64,000 nt of DNA, taken from Nitrososphaeria archaeon. Lineage in GTDB: Archaea > Thermoproteota > Nitrososphaeria > JACIWG01. How positions within the stretch are numbered: the first letter of the stretch is position 1; each line of letters begins with the position of its first letter. The position numbers and the translations under genes were made by a program. Below are positions 10,329 to 20,278 of this stretch, in pieces. The notes under the pieces were generated by a model. The model was not told where the DNA came from. It did not search any database and saw only the letters and a program-made list of their open reading frames with translations. The DNA lies in the NCBI GenBank assembly GCA_963752255.1, contig CAVVXT010000019.1, positions 288,001-352,000 of the forward strand. Direction: 5' to 3'.

Positions 10329-10801
10329 ATTAATCCCAACGCATGGTGCACATTTGGAATAATATAATTATTTTAGATATGATCCCTTATCTTAATTATA
10401 GTAGGATAAAGACCATGAATGCAGGTAAATAATTCTAAGAGTAGTCTAGTCTTTTTTTGAATGTTTATCTTCTATGTACTGTTTCGACTCTTTGAGGCTT
10501 TTAAATCCTATGAAGCAATAAGGACAATACATTATTTTTAAGGGTAGTAAGGAGGATTTTAAAAAATATGATCTCTCATCTTTAATCAAGAAAAAATCAA
10601 TGTTCTATCTTGGCTAATAGATAATGCTTTCACTTACGACACTAAAAAGATGCAGAAAGTCTATTTTACGTGATGCCATCCATATTCTTCATAAATCTTT
10701 TTGCCTTTTTGGGCTGCGAGCTATTATTAAGCTTGGAAAAGACTGTCAAGTTTAAAAGATCACAAATAAACTAATTAAAGTCGTCAGGTAGACTCTACAA
10801 C

Positions 10802-13162
10802 GTGCAGATAGAAAGTTACGATTTATTTCTTGAAATAGACTTCAAAAACCTAAAGTTTGTAGGAAAAACGCTCATAAAACTTGAAACGGAGGGGGATGTA
10901 GTCCTAAACTCTCTTGGCCTTACTATCCTTAACGCCGGAACCAACACTAGGTCTTACCCTTTTAATCAAAGAGAAGAAGATCTAATAATTAAAACAGGGC
11001 CTTTCAATGGGACACTAGAAATTGGATACTCTGGTCAGATCCCTGATACACTAGTCGGAATCTACAGAGCGCCTTATGGGAGCACTTACATGATAACCAC
11101 ACAATTTGAAGCCGCACATGCGAGGAGAATGTTCCCGTGCTTAGATCATCCAGGTTATAAAGCCGAGTTTAAGCTAGCTGTGAAGATAGACAGAGAGCTG
11201 GATGCTATTTCGAACATGCCTGTCGAGTCGTCGGAAACAGAAGGTGATATGAAAACCGTCTCCTTCCAAAGGACACCGAAGATGTCGACGTACCTGCTCT
11301 ACTTAGGTATAGGAAAATTTGAGAAGATTAGTGACAGGATAGGCGACATCGAAATAATTGTGGCTACAACGCCTACTAAAGCAAGCAAGGGGGTGTTCGC
11401 ATTAGATGCCGCCAAGAAGTCTTTAGAATTCTACCAGACATACTTTGGTGTTCCATACCCTCTTCCAAAAATTCATCTAATAGCTGTACCTGAATTTGCC
11501 GCAGGTGCCATGGAGAACTGGGGCGCGGTAACTTTCAGAGAAACAGCACTTCTCGTTGACGAAAACAGCAGCTTCAAGACTAAAAAGAGAGTGGCCGAGG
11601 TTGTAGCCCACGAGCTTGCGCACCAATGGTTTGGAGACTTAGTGACCATGAAATGGTGGGACGATATTTGGCTGAACGAGAGCGTTGGAACATTTATGTG
11701 TTACAAGGCGATGGATGCCATCTACCCGAGTTGGAAGGTTTGGCAGGACTTCTTAAATGACGAAACTGCAGGTGCTTTTGCTAGGGACTGCCTAAAAAGC
11801 ACTCACCCCATAAAAGCATATATCCAAACTCCTAGTGAAATAGAGCAGATTTTCGACAGCATAAGTTACGGTAAAGGTGCAAGCATTCTTAGGATGATCG
11901 AAGCGTATATGGGACCCGATGACCTCATGAAAGGCATATCGAACTATCTTATGGAACACAGTTACTCTAACGCAGCTGGAGAAGATCTTTGGAATTCTCT
12001 TGAGAAAATATCGGGAAAGCCGATAAAGTCAATTATGAGCGAATGGATAGGAAAGCCTGGATATCCAATTGTAACCGCAGGAATTAGAGGAAACAGCTTA
12101 GTGCTAAAGCAGAATCGGTTTTTACTGATAAACGGGTCCAGAGAAGACGTTTGGAGAATACCAATTGATATGAAGATCAATGATAAAGAAAGAACTTTGC
12201 TCTTGGACAGTAAAGAGGAAGTTATCGAGGCTAAAAACTTGAAGTCCCTCAAGTTAAACGTTGACCAAACAGGTTTCTACAGAGTTTATTACGAGGAACT
12301 CTACGAAAAAGTATGGCAGAGTAACCTTTCAGCTTTTGAAAGGTGGGGGATAGCGTCCGATTCCCTGGCCTTCCTACTGGCTGGCAAGCTGTCTTTCAGC
12401 GACTACCTTAGCCTTGTGAAGAGATACTATAATGATCACGAATATCTACCGGTCCTCGAACTTTCTGATCAGCTTGCTTTCCTATACTCGATTGTTCCAT
12501 CCAAAGTTTCCGAAGTTTCAAGAAGGTTCCATAATTTACAGCTAGAATCCCTTCAGGAAAAGTCTGAAGAGAACAGTTCAATGTTATACGGCATTATAGC
12601 TGGAAGACTAGCTATGTTGGATGAAGACTACGCTAAAAAATTAGGTTCAAACTTCCACAGCTACGACAAGATAAAACCAGATATGAAAGACGCAGTCGTA
12701 ATAGCCTATGCTAGGGCAAACAGCGACCTTGAAGGTGTTGTAAAAAAGTACAGGGAGAGCGGTTCAGATGAAGAGAGAATACGACTTCTTAATTCTATGA
12801 TGCTCTTCAAGGAGCCTTCACTTGTTGCACTTTCGTTTGGATTAGCTCTCAGTGGCGAGGTGAAAAGACAGGACATAACGAGCATGATTTTAATGGCCAC
12901 AAGAAATCCAGATGCCAGAGACGTTGCCTGGATGTGGATGAAGATCAATGTACAAAAGCTCAGGAAACTATATGAAGGTACAGGTAGACTATCGCAGGTC
13001 TTACTTTCTACTATACCTATTCTTGGAATCGGTAAGGCTGATGAGGTTGAGAAATTCTTCAGAGAGAACAGAATACCTGAGGCTGGGAAGGGGATTGAAG
13101 CAGGTCTGGAGAAACTCAAAGTATACGACAGATTTGTTAAAAGCACCAATTTCGGCGATTAG
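10802..13162 (+). CDS. M1-family zinc aminopeptidase (tricorn-interacting factor F2/F3-like)
   Basis: GAMENWG, HELAHQWFG, WLNE, SYGKGAS. Confidence 0.95.
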   Translation: MQIESYDLFLEIDFKNLKFVGKTLIKLETEGDVVLNSLGLTILNAGTNTRSYPFNQREEDLIIKTGPFNGTLEIGYSGQIPDTLVGIYRAPYGSTYMITTQFEAAHARRMFPCLDHPGYKAEFKLAVKIDRELDAISNMPVESSETEGDMKTVSFQRTPKMSTYLLYLGIGKFEKISDRIGDIEIIVATTPTKASKGVFALDAAKKSLEFYQTYFGVPYPLPKIHLIAVPEFAAGAMENWGAVTFRETALLVDENSSFKTKKRVAEVVAHELAHQWFGDLVTMKWWDDIWLNESVGTFMCYKAMDAIYPSWKVWQDFLNDETAGAFARDCLKSTHPIKAYIQTPSEIEQIFDSISYGKGASILRMIEAYMGPDDLMKGISNYLMEHSYSNAAGEDLWNSLEKISGKPIKSIMSEWIGKPGYPIVTAGIRGNSLVLKQNRFLLINGSREDVWRIPIDMKINDKERTLLLDSKEEVIEAKNLKSLKLNVDQTGFYRVYYEELYEKVWQSNLSAFERWGIASDSLAFLLAGKLSFSDYLSLVKRYYNDHEYLPVLELSDQLAFLYSIVPSKVSEVSRRFHNLQLESLQEKSEENSSMLYGIIAGRLAMLDEDYAKKLGSNFHSYDKIKPDMKDAVVIAYARANSDLEGVVKKYRESGSDEERIRLLNSMMLFKEPSLVALSFGLALSGEVKRQDITSMILMATRNPDARDVAWMWMKINVQKLRKLYEGTGRLSQVLLSTIPILGIGKADEVEKFFRENRIPEAGKGIEAGLEKLKVYDRFVKSTNFGD

Positions 13163-13956
13163 AATCCGCTTAAAGCCAAAATTATCAGGGTTGCTCCGAG
13201 TAGCCAAGAGTATAACGCGAAATAGTGGAACCTTTTATTTACGACAATTGCTAACAGCAGCTTCAGAGCGAAATAGCCCACAATCATCGCTACAAGAACG
13301 CCTATGAGAAGTTCAGTCCAACTTACCCCTGAAACCACAACCTGGCCGTGCTGCTTGTAGATTTCTACGAACAAATCTCCTAAAATGGCAGGGATCGAAA
13401 GCAAGAAGGAGAACTTGAAGGCTTCTTCTCTCTTCAACCCAAGAAGAAGGGCGGTTGAAATCGTCACTCCACTTCTTGACAGCCCATGGAATTCTGCGAA
13501 ACCTTGAGCTGTTCCTATCACAGATGCCCTTAGAAAGGTTACGTTTTTGATTTTTTCTTTAGCGAATCTTGACGAGTAAACAAAGCTCCCACCGATAATA
13601 AAGGCTATTCCAATAGGGAGGATACCTTGAAGGCTGTCCTCCAGGAATTGGACATATGATAGGCCAATTACGCCTGTAGGAATTGTTGCAACAATTATTA
13701 CCGGTATCAATTTTCCATACTCAGATCCGAAATCCCATTTAACAATAGCGGAAAGAATGCTCTTGACTTCTTTCCTGAAGAAGAAAATAACGACAACCAG
13801 AGTCCCAACGTGAAGTAAAATATCAAATAGTGGCGTTGCCGCTAGACCCAAAAATTTTGCCAGAATTATTAGATGAGCACTGCTCGATATTGGTAACCAC
13901 TCTGTTACCCCTTGAATTATGCCAAGAATTATAACGTTAATCAATTGCTCATACAA
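13159..13956 (-). CDS. uppP: Undecaprenyl-diphosphate phosphatase (UppP/BacA family)
   Basis: QGVTEWLPISSSAH, GLSRSGVTI, FSFLLSIPA. Confidence 0.92.
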   Translation of the reverse strand: MYEQLINVIILGIIQGVTEWLPISSSAHLIILAKFLGLAATPLFDILLHVGTLVVVIFFFRKEVKSILSAIVKWDFGSEYGKLIPVIIVATIPTGVIGLSYVQFLEDSLQGILPIGIAFIIGGSFVYSSRFAKEKIKNVTFLRASVIGTAQGFAEFHGLSRSGVTISTALLLGLKREEAFKFSFLLSIPAILGDLFVEIYKQHGQVVVSGVSWTELLIGVLVAMIVGYFALKLLLAIVVNKRFHYFALYSWLLGATLIILALSGF

Positions 13957-14254
13957 CAGTGATCACATTTAATTTAGTCTAACTTTGACTTTAAAGGTTA
14001 ATTAAAGTGGTTTAAAAACTCATATTAACAATTAATAAATATAAAATTGGAGACTTGTTCTAAATGAGCGGAGCTTCAAAGGTGCATTTTACGGCTTAGC
14101 AAAATAAAAAGCTAATAAGATAAATTAATCTTCCCATTACTTTTATTCTGGCCACTTCAGGTAGATGTATATCCAAAATCGGAGCGACCGTATCTTGGTT
14201 CAAGCTCTATCTCCGTTCTGTAAAAGGTTTTAAAACACTCTGACTTTATCCAAA

Positions 14255-15955
14255 ATGGGAGCGTGTGTTAGAAGGACTATGTCAGAGATGTTAGATGAGA
14301 AAACAAAAGTGCAGCTTCGTGAAATCTTGGAGGATTTGGATTCTCCAGTAAAACTATTATTTTTCACTCAGGAGAACGCCTCCCCATCATGCGCCCATCA
14401 GAAAGGACTTCTAGGGGAGCTGGTTTCACTCTCAAACAAACTTGAGATCAAGATCTTCGACTTTATACTAAATGGTGAAGAGGCTATGAACTACAAAATA
14501 GATAAGATACCTGCCACGGCTGTAGTTGGGAATAAGGATTTTAGAATTCGATTTTATGGTGTTACCGCCGGATACGAATTCAATTCGCTTTTAGAGGCTA
14601 TTTTAATGGTTTCAACTGGTAATTCTGGTCTGGATCCTCAACTGGAAAAACTTGTTAAGGATGTAAAGGAGCAAGTTCACCTCCAAGTGCTCGTGACGTT
14701 AACGTGCCCCTACTGTCCAAAAATGGTCCATATCGCTCATCAGTTCGCCTTTGTCAACGAAAATATCCGTGCGGACATGATCCAAGCAGAAGAATTTCCA
14801 CAGCTCGTACAGAGATATAATTTAACCGCTGTGCCAAAGACCGTTATCAATGAAGTACATTCCTTTGAAGGGGCTCCGCAGGCTGGAGCCGCGTACTTAG
14901 AGATTCTGAAAGCTGTCAGCCCTGAAGAGTACAGGCAACTAGAGGAAGCCCTCCATAAGGTCCAAGGAGTAAGCAAGGTTAGTAAGGCAGATCAAGAACA
15001 TGAGTATGAAGTTGCGATTGTTGGAGGAGGACCTGCTGCCATGTCCGCCTCAATATACGCAGCCCGAAAGGGTCTAGATGTAGCTTTAGTTGCAAGGAAG
15101 TTGGGAGGACAAATAACGTATACCGCAAACATTGAGAATTACCTTGGCCTTCCGGGCATCGTAGGAACAGACATGAATCAAGCGTTCCGAAACCATTTTG
15201 AAAACTATCCGATCGCGGAAGCTCTCGGAAGAGATGTCGTACAGGTGAAAAAAGATGCCAATGTTTTCTTGATAATTACAGACGATAACCGACAGTTCAA
15301 GGCGAAGTCCGTGATTTATTGCGCTGGAAAAGAATACAGTCGACTAGGAGTGCCTGGGGAGGAACAGTTTATTGGAAAAGGGATCGGGTTCTGTGCTACC
15401 TGTGACGCTCCTCTCTACCAAGGTAAAAGTGTTGCAGTTATTGGAGGAGGTAACTCGGCATTCACCGCAGTGCGTGACCTAACCAACTTTGCCTCAGAGA
15501 TTCACTTGATCCACCAAAGGAAAGAATTTCGAGCAGATGATTCTTTGGTACATGAAGTCCTTAGAGCAAAAAATATTGTAGTCCACACCCCGATGGTTGT
15601 TCGCTCCTTCCTCGGAAAGGACAAGCTGACAGGTGTCAGACTCGAATCCGTTGACGGTGTAGAAAGATACGATCTAAACATAGATGGAGTCTTCCTTGAA
15701 GTTGGCCTGACACCAAACACGGGCCCCCTACGTGACCTCTTACAATTGAATGAAAGAGGTGAAGTGCCTGTGAACAAGGATCAATCAACAAGTGTGAATG
15801 GGTTATTCGCAGCAGGAGACGTTACAGACGTCGAAGAAAAGCAGATATCTATTGCAGTGGGTCAAGGAGCCCTAGCTGCACTTACGGCACACAAGTACCT
15901 TGTCCAAAATGGTTTGACTGGAAGCATGATTGGCATAAAAGAGTCATGGCAGTAA
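14255..15955 (+). CDS. Protein disulfide oxidoreductase fused to thioredoxin reductase (AhpF-like)
   Basis: N-terminal double thioredoxin fold (CPYC), then GGGPA, CATCD, GGGNSA, GLFAAGD. Confidence 0.9.
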   Translation: MGACVRRTMSEMLDEKTKVQLREILEDLDSPVKLLFFTQENASPSCAHQKGLLGELVSLSNKLEIKIFDFILNGEEAMNYKIDKIPATAVVGNKDFRIRFYGVTAGYEFNSLLEAILMVSTGNSGLDPQLEKLVKDVKEQVHLQVLVTLTCPYCPKMVHIAHQFAFVNENIRADMIQAEEFPQLVQRYNLTAVPKTVINEVHSFEGAPQAGAAYLEILKAVSPEEYRQLEEALHKVQGVSKVSKADQEHEYEVAIVGGGPAAMSASIYAARKGLDVALVARKLGGQITYTANIENYLGLPGIVGTDMNQAFRNHFENYPIAEALGRDVVQVKKDANVFLIITDDNRQFKAKSVIYCAGKEYSRLGVPGEEQFIGKGIGFCATCDAPLYQGKSVAVIGGGNSAFTAVRDLTNFASEIHLIHQRKEFRADDSLVHEVLRAKNIVVHTPMVVRSFLGKDKLTGVRLESVDGVERYDLNIDGVFLEVGLTPNTGPLRDLLQLNERGEVPVNKDQSTSVNGLFAAGDVTDVEEKQISIAVGQGALAALTAHKYLVQNGLTGSMIGIKESWQ

Positions 15956-16205
15956 CATAAAAAACAAATATCATGGTTCTTAGATGCAATTTTGTCCTCC
16001 TTTTCATGTCTACATAAGATTCAAGCTTCGACATGATACCATTTATCATTAAATCTTGGCGTCAACTAGACAGCCTTCTAGACCGCACTTCTTACAACTT
16101 TTTTTGAAGTTTATAAAATTACATAGACGAACCGGAATTTATTAAACTTCTCAAAGAGTCAGCGAAGCTGATTTAATGAATAGACACAAAAAGGAAATGA
16201 ATAGA

Positions 16206-16983
16206 TTACACATCCATCCCATACCTGTGAATATCCTTCCTAGGATAAACTGCTACCTTAGGAACAATAACTTTTTTATCCCGAGTGGCAACGAACAGGA
16301 TAACTTCCGCGACATCTTCAGCTTCCAACGAAGTTTCCCAATCGTTTTCCATTTGGGGCGTCCAAGGTTTTCCGGACATGTCAAACCCTTTTCTATACTG
16401 TTCTGTTTTAATATGGGACGGAACTATAGCAGTGACACTTATACCTGTACTTTGACTCTCCTTTAGAAGTACCTTTGTCAATCCCATTAAGCCGTGCTTG
16501 GCTGATCGGTAGGATATTTCCCCTGGGGAAGCGGCAATGCTACCAGATGTCGATGACACGTTTATAATTTTGCCTTCATCCTGTTTCTTCATTATTTCGA
16601 AGGCTTCCTTACAGCATAGAAAAACAGCCGTAAGATCAACAGAGATTATATAATTCCATTCTTCCAACGTAGTATCCCCTATTGAGGAAGTGTACGACGC
16701 AACAGCGGCATTATTCACTAGAACATCTAGACGTCCATGCTTCTTAACAACCTGCTCAAAAAGCCCCTTCACTTGATCCTTGTCTGTAAGGTCCGCACGA
16801 AAATAATCACATCTTCCGCCTGTTTTTTTAATTTCGTCCGCGACTTCACGCAGAGCAACTTCATTTTCTAGCCACTATAACTGTTTTGGCTCCCTTTTGA
16901 CTGAACATCTTCGCTGTTGCCTTTCCAATACCCCTGCTTCCGCCTGTTACAACACAAACTTTGCCTTTTAGATCATATGTCAC
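16206..16983 (-). CDS. Short-chain dehydrogenase/reductase, frameshifted near 16865
   Basis: GTG at 16983 gives MTYDLKGKVCVVTGGSRGIG...VAR. One extra A in an A-run joins it to the 16206..16772 frame (NNAA, YRSAK). Confidence 0.85.
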
Positions 16984-17215
16984 ATTCGATTATTTTAGTC
17001 GACAGTATTTAACTTTTGTATTGTAAAGGCTGAAAAATTTTTATCATTGTGCGTTTAAATAAGATACCGATGTTAGCATTTAAAATTTCTAATAGAATAG
17101 CTAAAATTCAGCCGAAGAAAACAAAGTATATCTTGTAGGAAAAAGGAGAAAGGGACAGAACAACAAATGTTCCGGTATAATGATACTTATCTATGGTTTG
17201 TGAAGTTAGACATAG

Positions 17216-18217
17216 ATGAAAAGCTGTTCGCAGAGGAGGACCAATTCTACGAACAATGACGATTTCAAAAGCCTTTCAGAGGCGGTGGTGGGGGCAATTG
17301 GAAATTACTTCGTCAGCGACCCTATTGTTCTAGAAAAACTGTTGTGCGCTGCGCTCTCGAACGGGCACATATTATTTGAGGACAATCCAGGACTTGGGAA
17401 GACCCTCTTAGCCAAGGTCTTCTCGAAGGTTACCGGCTGTAACTGGGGGAGGGTTCAATTTACACCCGATCTTTTGCCAGCTGACATCACTGGCACTCGC
17501 GTCTGGAAGGGTTCAGATTTCACGGTGGAGAAAGGTCCGGTTTTCACCAACATACTACTTGCCGATGAGATTAACAGGTCCCCTCCTAAAACCCAGTCCG
17601 CTCTTCTGGAAGCTATGGAAGAAAGGCAGGTTACAATAGAAGGTAACACTTACAAGCTTGAGAAGCCTTTCTTTGTCATCGGAACCCAGAATCCTATAGA
17701 GCTGGAGGGTACTTTTCCTCTTCCGGAAGCTCAATTAGATCGTTTTCTGCTGAAGATGTCAACAGGGTATGTTAAAAATCTAGACCTCGAGAGCGAAATC
17801 TTGAGAAGAAGGATAAAGTGGGCTTTAGACGATCCGACAGAAAGGGTTGAACCAGTTGTTAAACAAAAAGATTTCTTAGAGATGCAGAACTATGTCGAAA
17901 ACTTTCTGTACGTTGACGAACAGATTCTAGATTACATCAGCAAGATAGTCAGGGGGACTAGAGAGCACACGGCGGTCGAAGTTGGTGCTAGTCCGAGGGG
18001 AGGGCTGGCGTTGCTTAAGGCGGCGCGAGCTCATGCCGCGGTTCAGGGCCGGGACTTCGTTACTCCGGATGACGTTAAAATCTTTATCAGAGAGGCTCTA
18101 TGTCATAGGATAATATTGAAGATGGAGTATGAAATAGAAAATCTTGTAACAGCAGAAGAAGTTGTTGAAAGCGTAGTTAAAAAGGTTGAACCTCCGATAG
18201 ATTTTACTAAAAAATAA
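17216..18217 (+). CDS. moxR: MoxR-family AAA+ ATPase
   Basis: PGLGKT, QFTPDLLPADITG, LLADEINR, TQNPIE, LPEAQLDRF. Confidence 0.95.
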   Translation: MKSCSQRRTNSTNNDDFKSLSEAVVGAIGNYFVSDPIVLEKLLCAALSNGHILFEDNPGLGKTLLAKVFSKVTGCNWGRVQFTPDLLPADITGTRVWKGSDFTVEKGPVFTNILLADEINRSPPKTQSALLEAMEERQVTIEGNTYKLEKPFFVIGTQNPIELEGTFPLPEAQLDRFLLKMSTGYVKNLDLESEILRRRIKWALDDPTERVEPVVKQKDFLEMQNYVENFLYVDEQILDYISKIVRGTREHTAVEVGASPRGGLALLKAARAHAAVQGRDFVTPDDVKIFIREALCHRIILKMEYEIENLVTAEEVVESVVKKVEPPIDFTKK

Positions 18218-18237
18218 AACTCGTAGTTGATAGTAGC

Positions 18238-19508
18238 ATGCTCTCATCTGATGTACCGCAGCTGGTTTGGAGGGCCTTTGCACTAGTGCTACTGGGAATG
18301 ATATTTCTTAACACACTTTTTGTCTGGATCGCCTTTGTCTTCCTGTTCTTCCTTGTTCTGGCTCTAGCTATTGAGCAGCCTAAAAGCGTTCATATCCAGA
18401 GAGTTAGAGGTGAGATTAAAGCCTCTGTTAATGATGTAATTAAGCTGGAGGAACATATCACCGTCGAAGAAGGCAGAGGTATAGTAACAGTCGCTGATAA
18501 GCTGCCGGAGCACTTCGAACTTGAGTCAGATGGAGAAGATTGTCACAAGAACTTTAGGGTGTTCTGGAAAAGCGACGGGACCTTGTCTGAGGACATGTCA
18601 TATAATGTTAAGCTGACTAAAGAGGAAATTACGAGATAGATCCTCCCATCTATGAATCTTTGCACACTACGAACCTAAGACAGGTCGAAGTCGGATTTGG
18701 AAACGGCCCTCTAAAACTTATTGTGAGACATCGCCCTATCAATGTAAGAAAATTAAGAGATCCGAATGTGCTTTCACAGATACCCATGCCGTTAGGAGCG
18801 ACAACCTCGTTCGGTGTTCGCACAAACGAATTCATGGAGCTAAGAGAATACAGGCACGGAGACCCCTATAGCAGAATAAACTGGAAGGCTACGGCGCGGC
18901 TCAGTTGTCGAAGACCAAACTCAACCCCACTGGTGAACGATTACGAAAGTGAAGGGAAGAAGACGGTTTGGTTCTTCTTAGACTCCTCCATGAACATGCG
19001 CATAGGCACCGAAATAGATAACGCGTTTGAATATGCCATAAAAGCTATATCAGGCCTTTCACAGTTCTACCTTTCGAGGAACTGTAGAGTAGCGCTGAAC
19101 GTTTACAATTGCGGTAGGACTATCCTTCCAGATACGGGCAGAAGGCAGGAATACAGGATAGCAAAGGAACTCGGAAGAGTCGAAATGAACGAACTCCATG
19201 GAACCCTCAAGCAGGCAATCGAAGACAACAAATGGCATCTAGTAGGCCAAAACCCTCTTTTCATCGTCATCACAATGGTGAGGAAAGAAAATTTGAGCGA
19301 ACTTTTACAGGGCATAAAAAGTATGCGCCTCTATTCAACGGTCGGACGAGCGCAGATTATCATCATACACGTGATGGGTTACGACATCGCGGCGAGGGGT
19401 TCTTTTGAAGAGTCTGGTGCCCGGCTGCTTGACCTATCAAACCTTGCATTGTTAAGGTCATTGGGAAGGGCTGGAGCCCTTGTTGTGCCCTGGAACACCA
19501 AGACTTAG
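18238..19508 (+). CDS. DUF58 domain protein, frameshifted near 18620
   Basis: ELREYRHGDPYSRINWKATAR and LDSS motifs. A missing A at KLTK(R)GNYEI joins the two ORFs. Confidence 0.85.
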
Positions 19509-19546
19509 ATAATACTTAAGCCCATGTTAGCGAGGGCGAGAACTAG

Positions 19547-20278
19547 ATGAAATCATTGAGCACAAGTCATAATATATCGCTCCTAGAACTTATGGCTGGG
19601 ATCACCATTTTTAGTCTGTCTTTCTACATATTTGCTAGAAGCTTTACGAGCACCATGATACTAAATATTCTTACGTCGATTTCTCCTTTTAAGTGGTCTT
19701 TAGACACGCTTTTTATCAGCCTAATTGTGCTTATCCTTTTAGGATTTGCGCACGACACAGAAAGTGGAGGATGGCCTTTAGCTGAAACAATGTCATGGAT
19801 CCTGCTTTTGCCCAGCCTTCTAGGATATTCAAATACAGACTTCCTGAGACTCTTCGGCGTCTCCCTAAACCTTGCAATGTTTAAGCCTGATGCACCGGTT
19901 CCATTTATCCTTGGAACAGGAGTTCTGTTAGCCGCAGGGGACCTCTTCTTCTTCAACATGGAGAGCCTGCAGTGGATCAGATCGAGGCTCAGCTTAAGGG
20001 GTGCACCGAGAAGGGACATCGACTTGGTGATTTGGAAGGATTTCGTATTTCTATCCGGCATTACCATCGCGAGCACAGTCCTAACTTTCAGCGGTGGCAT
20101 ATCTTCCCTTTTTCTAGCCGATATATTTTCAAATCTAGTGTCTAAGTTTCATCTTATTTTTATAATCCTGCCGGTTGTAGCAAGCGCGATCATCTCCATC
20201 ACACTTTTACTTTATCTGAGGAAGACAGGTGAACCCAGTCAAAAAGAGACTTTGTTAGGAGCATCTGAGGGAAGATGA
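19547..20278 (+). CDS. Hypothetical polytopic membrane protein in the MoxR operon
   Basis: 243-aa hydrophobic ORF overlapping the next start (ATGA). Confidence 0.7.
   Translation: MKSLSTSHNISLLELMAGITIFSLSFYIFARSFTSTMILNILTSISPFKWSLDTLFISLIVLILLGFAHDTESGGWPLAETMSWILLLPSLLGYSNTDFLRLFGVSLNLAMFKPDAPVPFILGTGVLLAAGDLFFFNMESLQWIRSRLSLRGAPRRDIDLVIWKDFVFLSGITIASTVLTFSGGISSLFLADIFSNLVSKFHLIFIILPVVASAIISITLLLYLRKTGEPSQKETLLGASEGR

Noticed and set aside
13159-13956. UppP/BacA as evidence of bacterial contamination or peptidoglycan synthesis
   Set aside because: Homologs occur in archaea, the context is archaeal, and no cell-wall genes are adjacent.
17162-17192. Fifth copy of the CCCGAA...CGGGAAAT motif upstream of moxR
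   Set aside because: Only partial similarity; the left half-site is missing and spacing differs.
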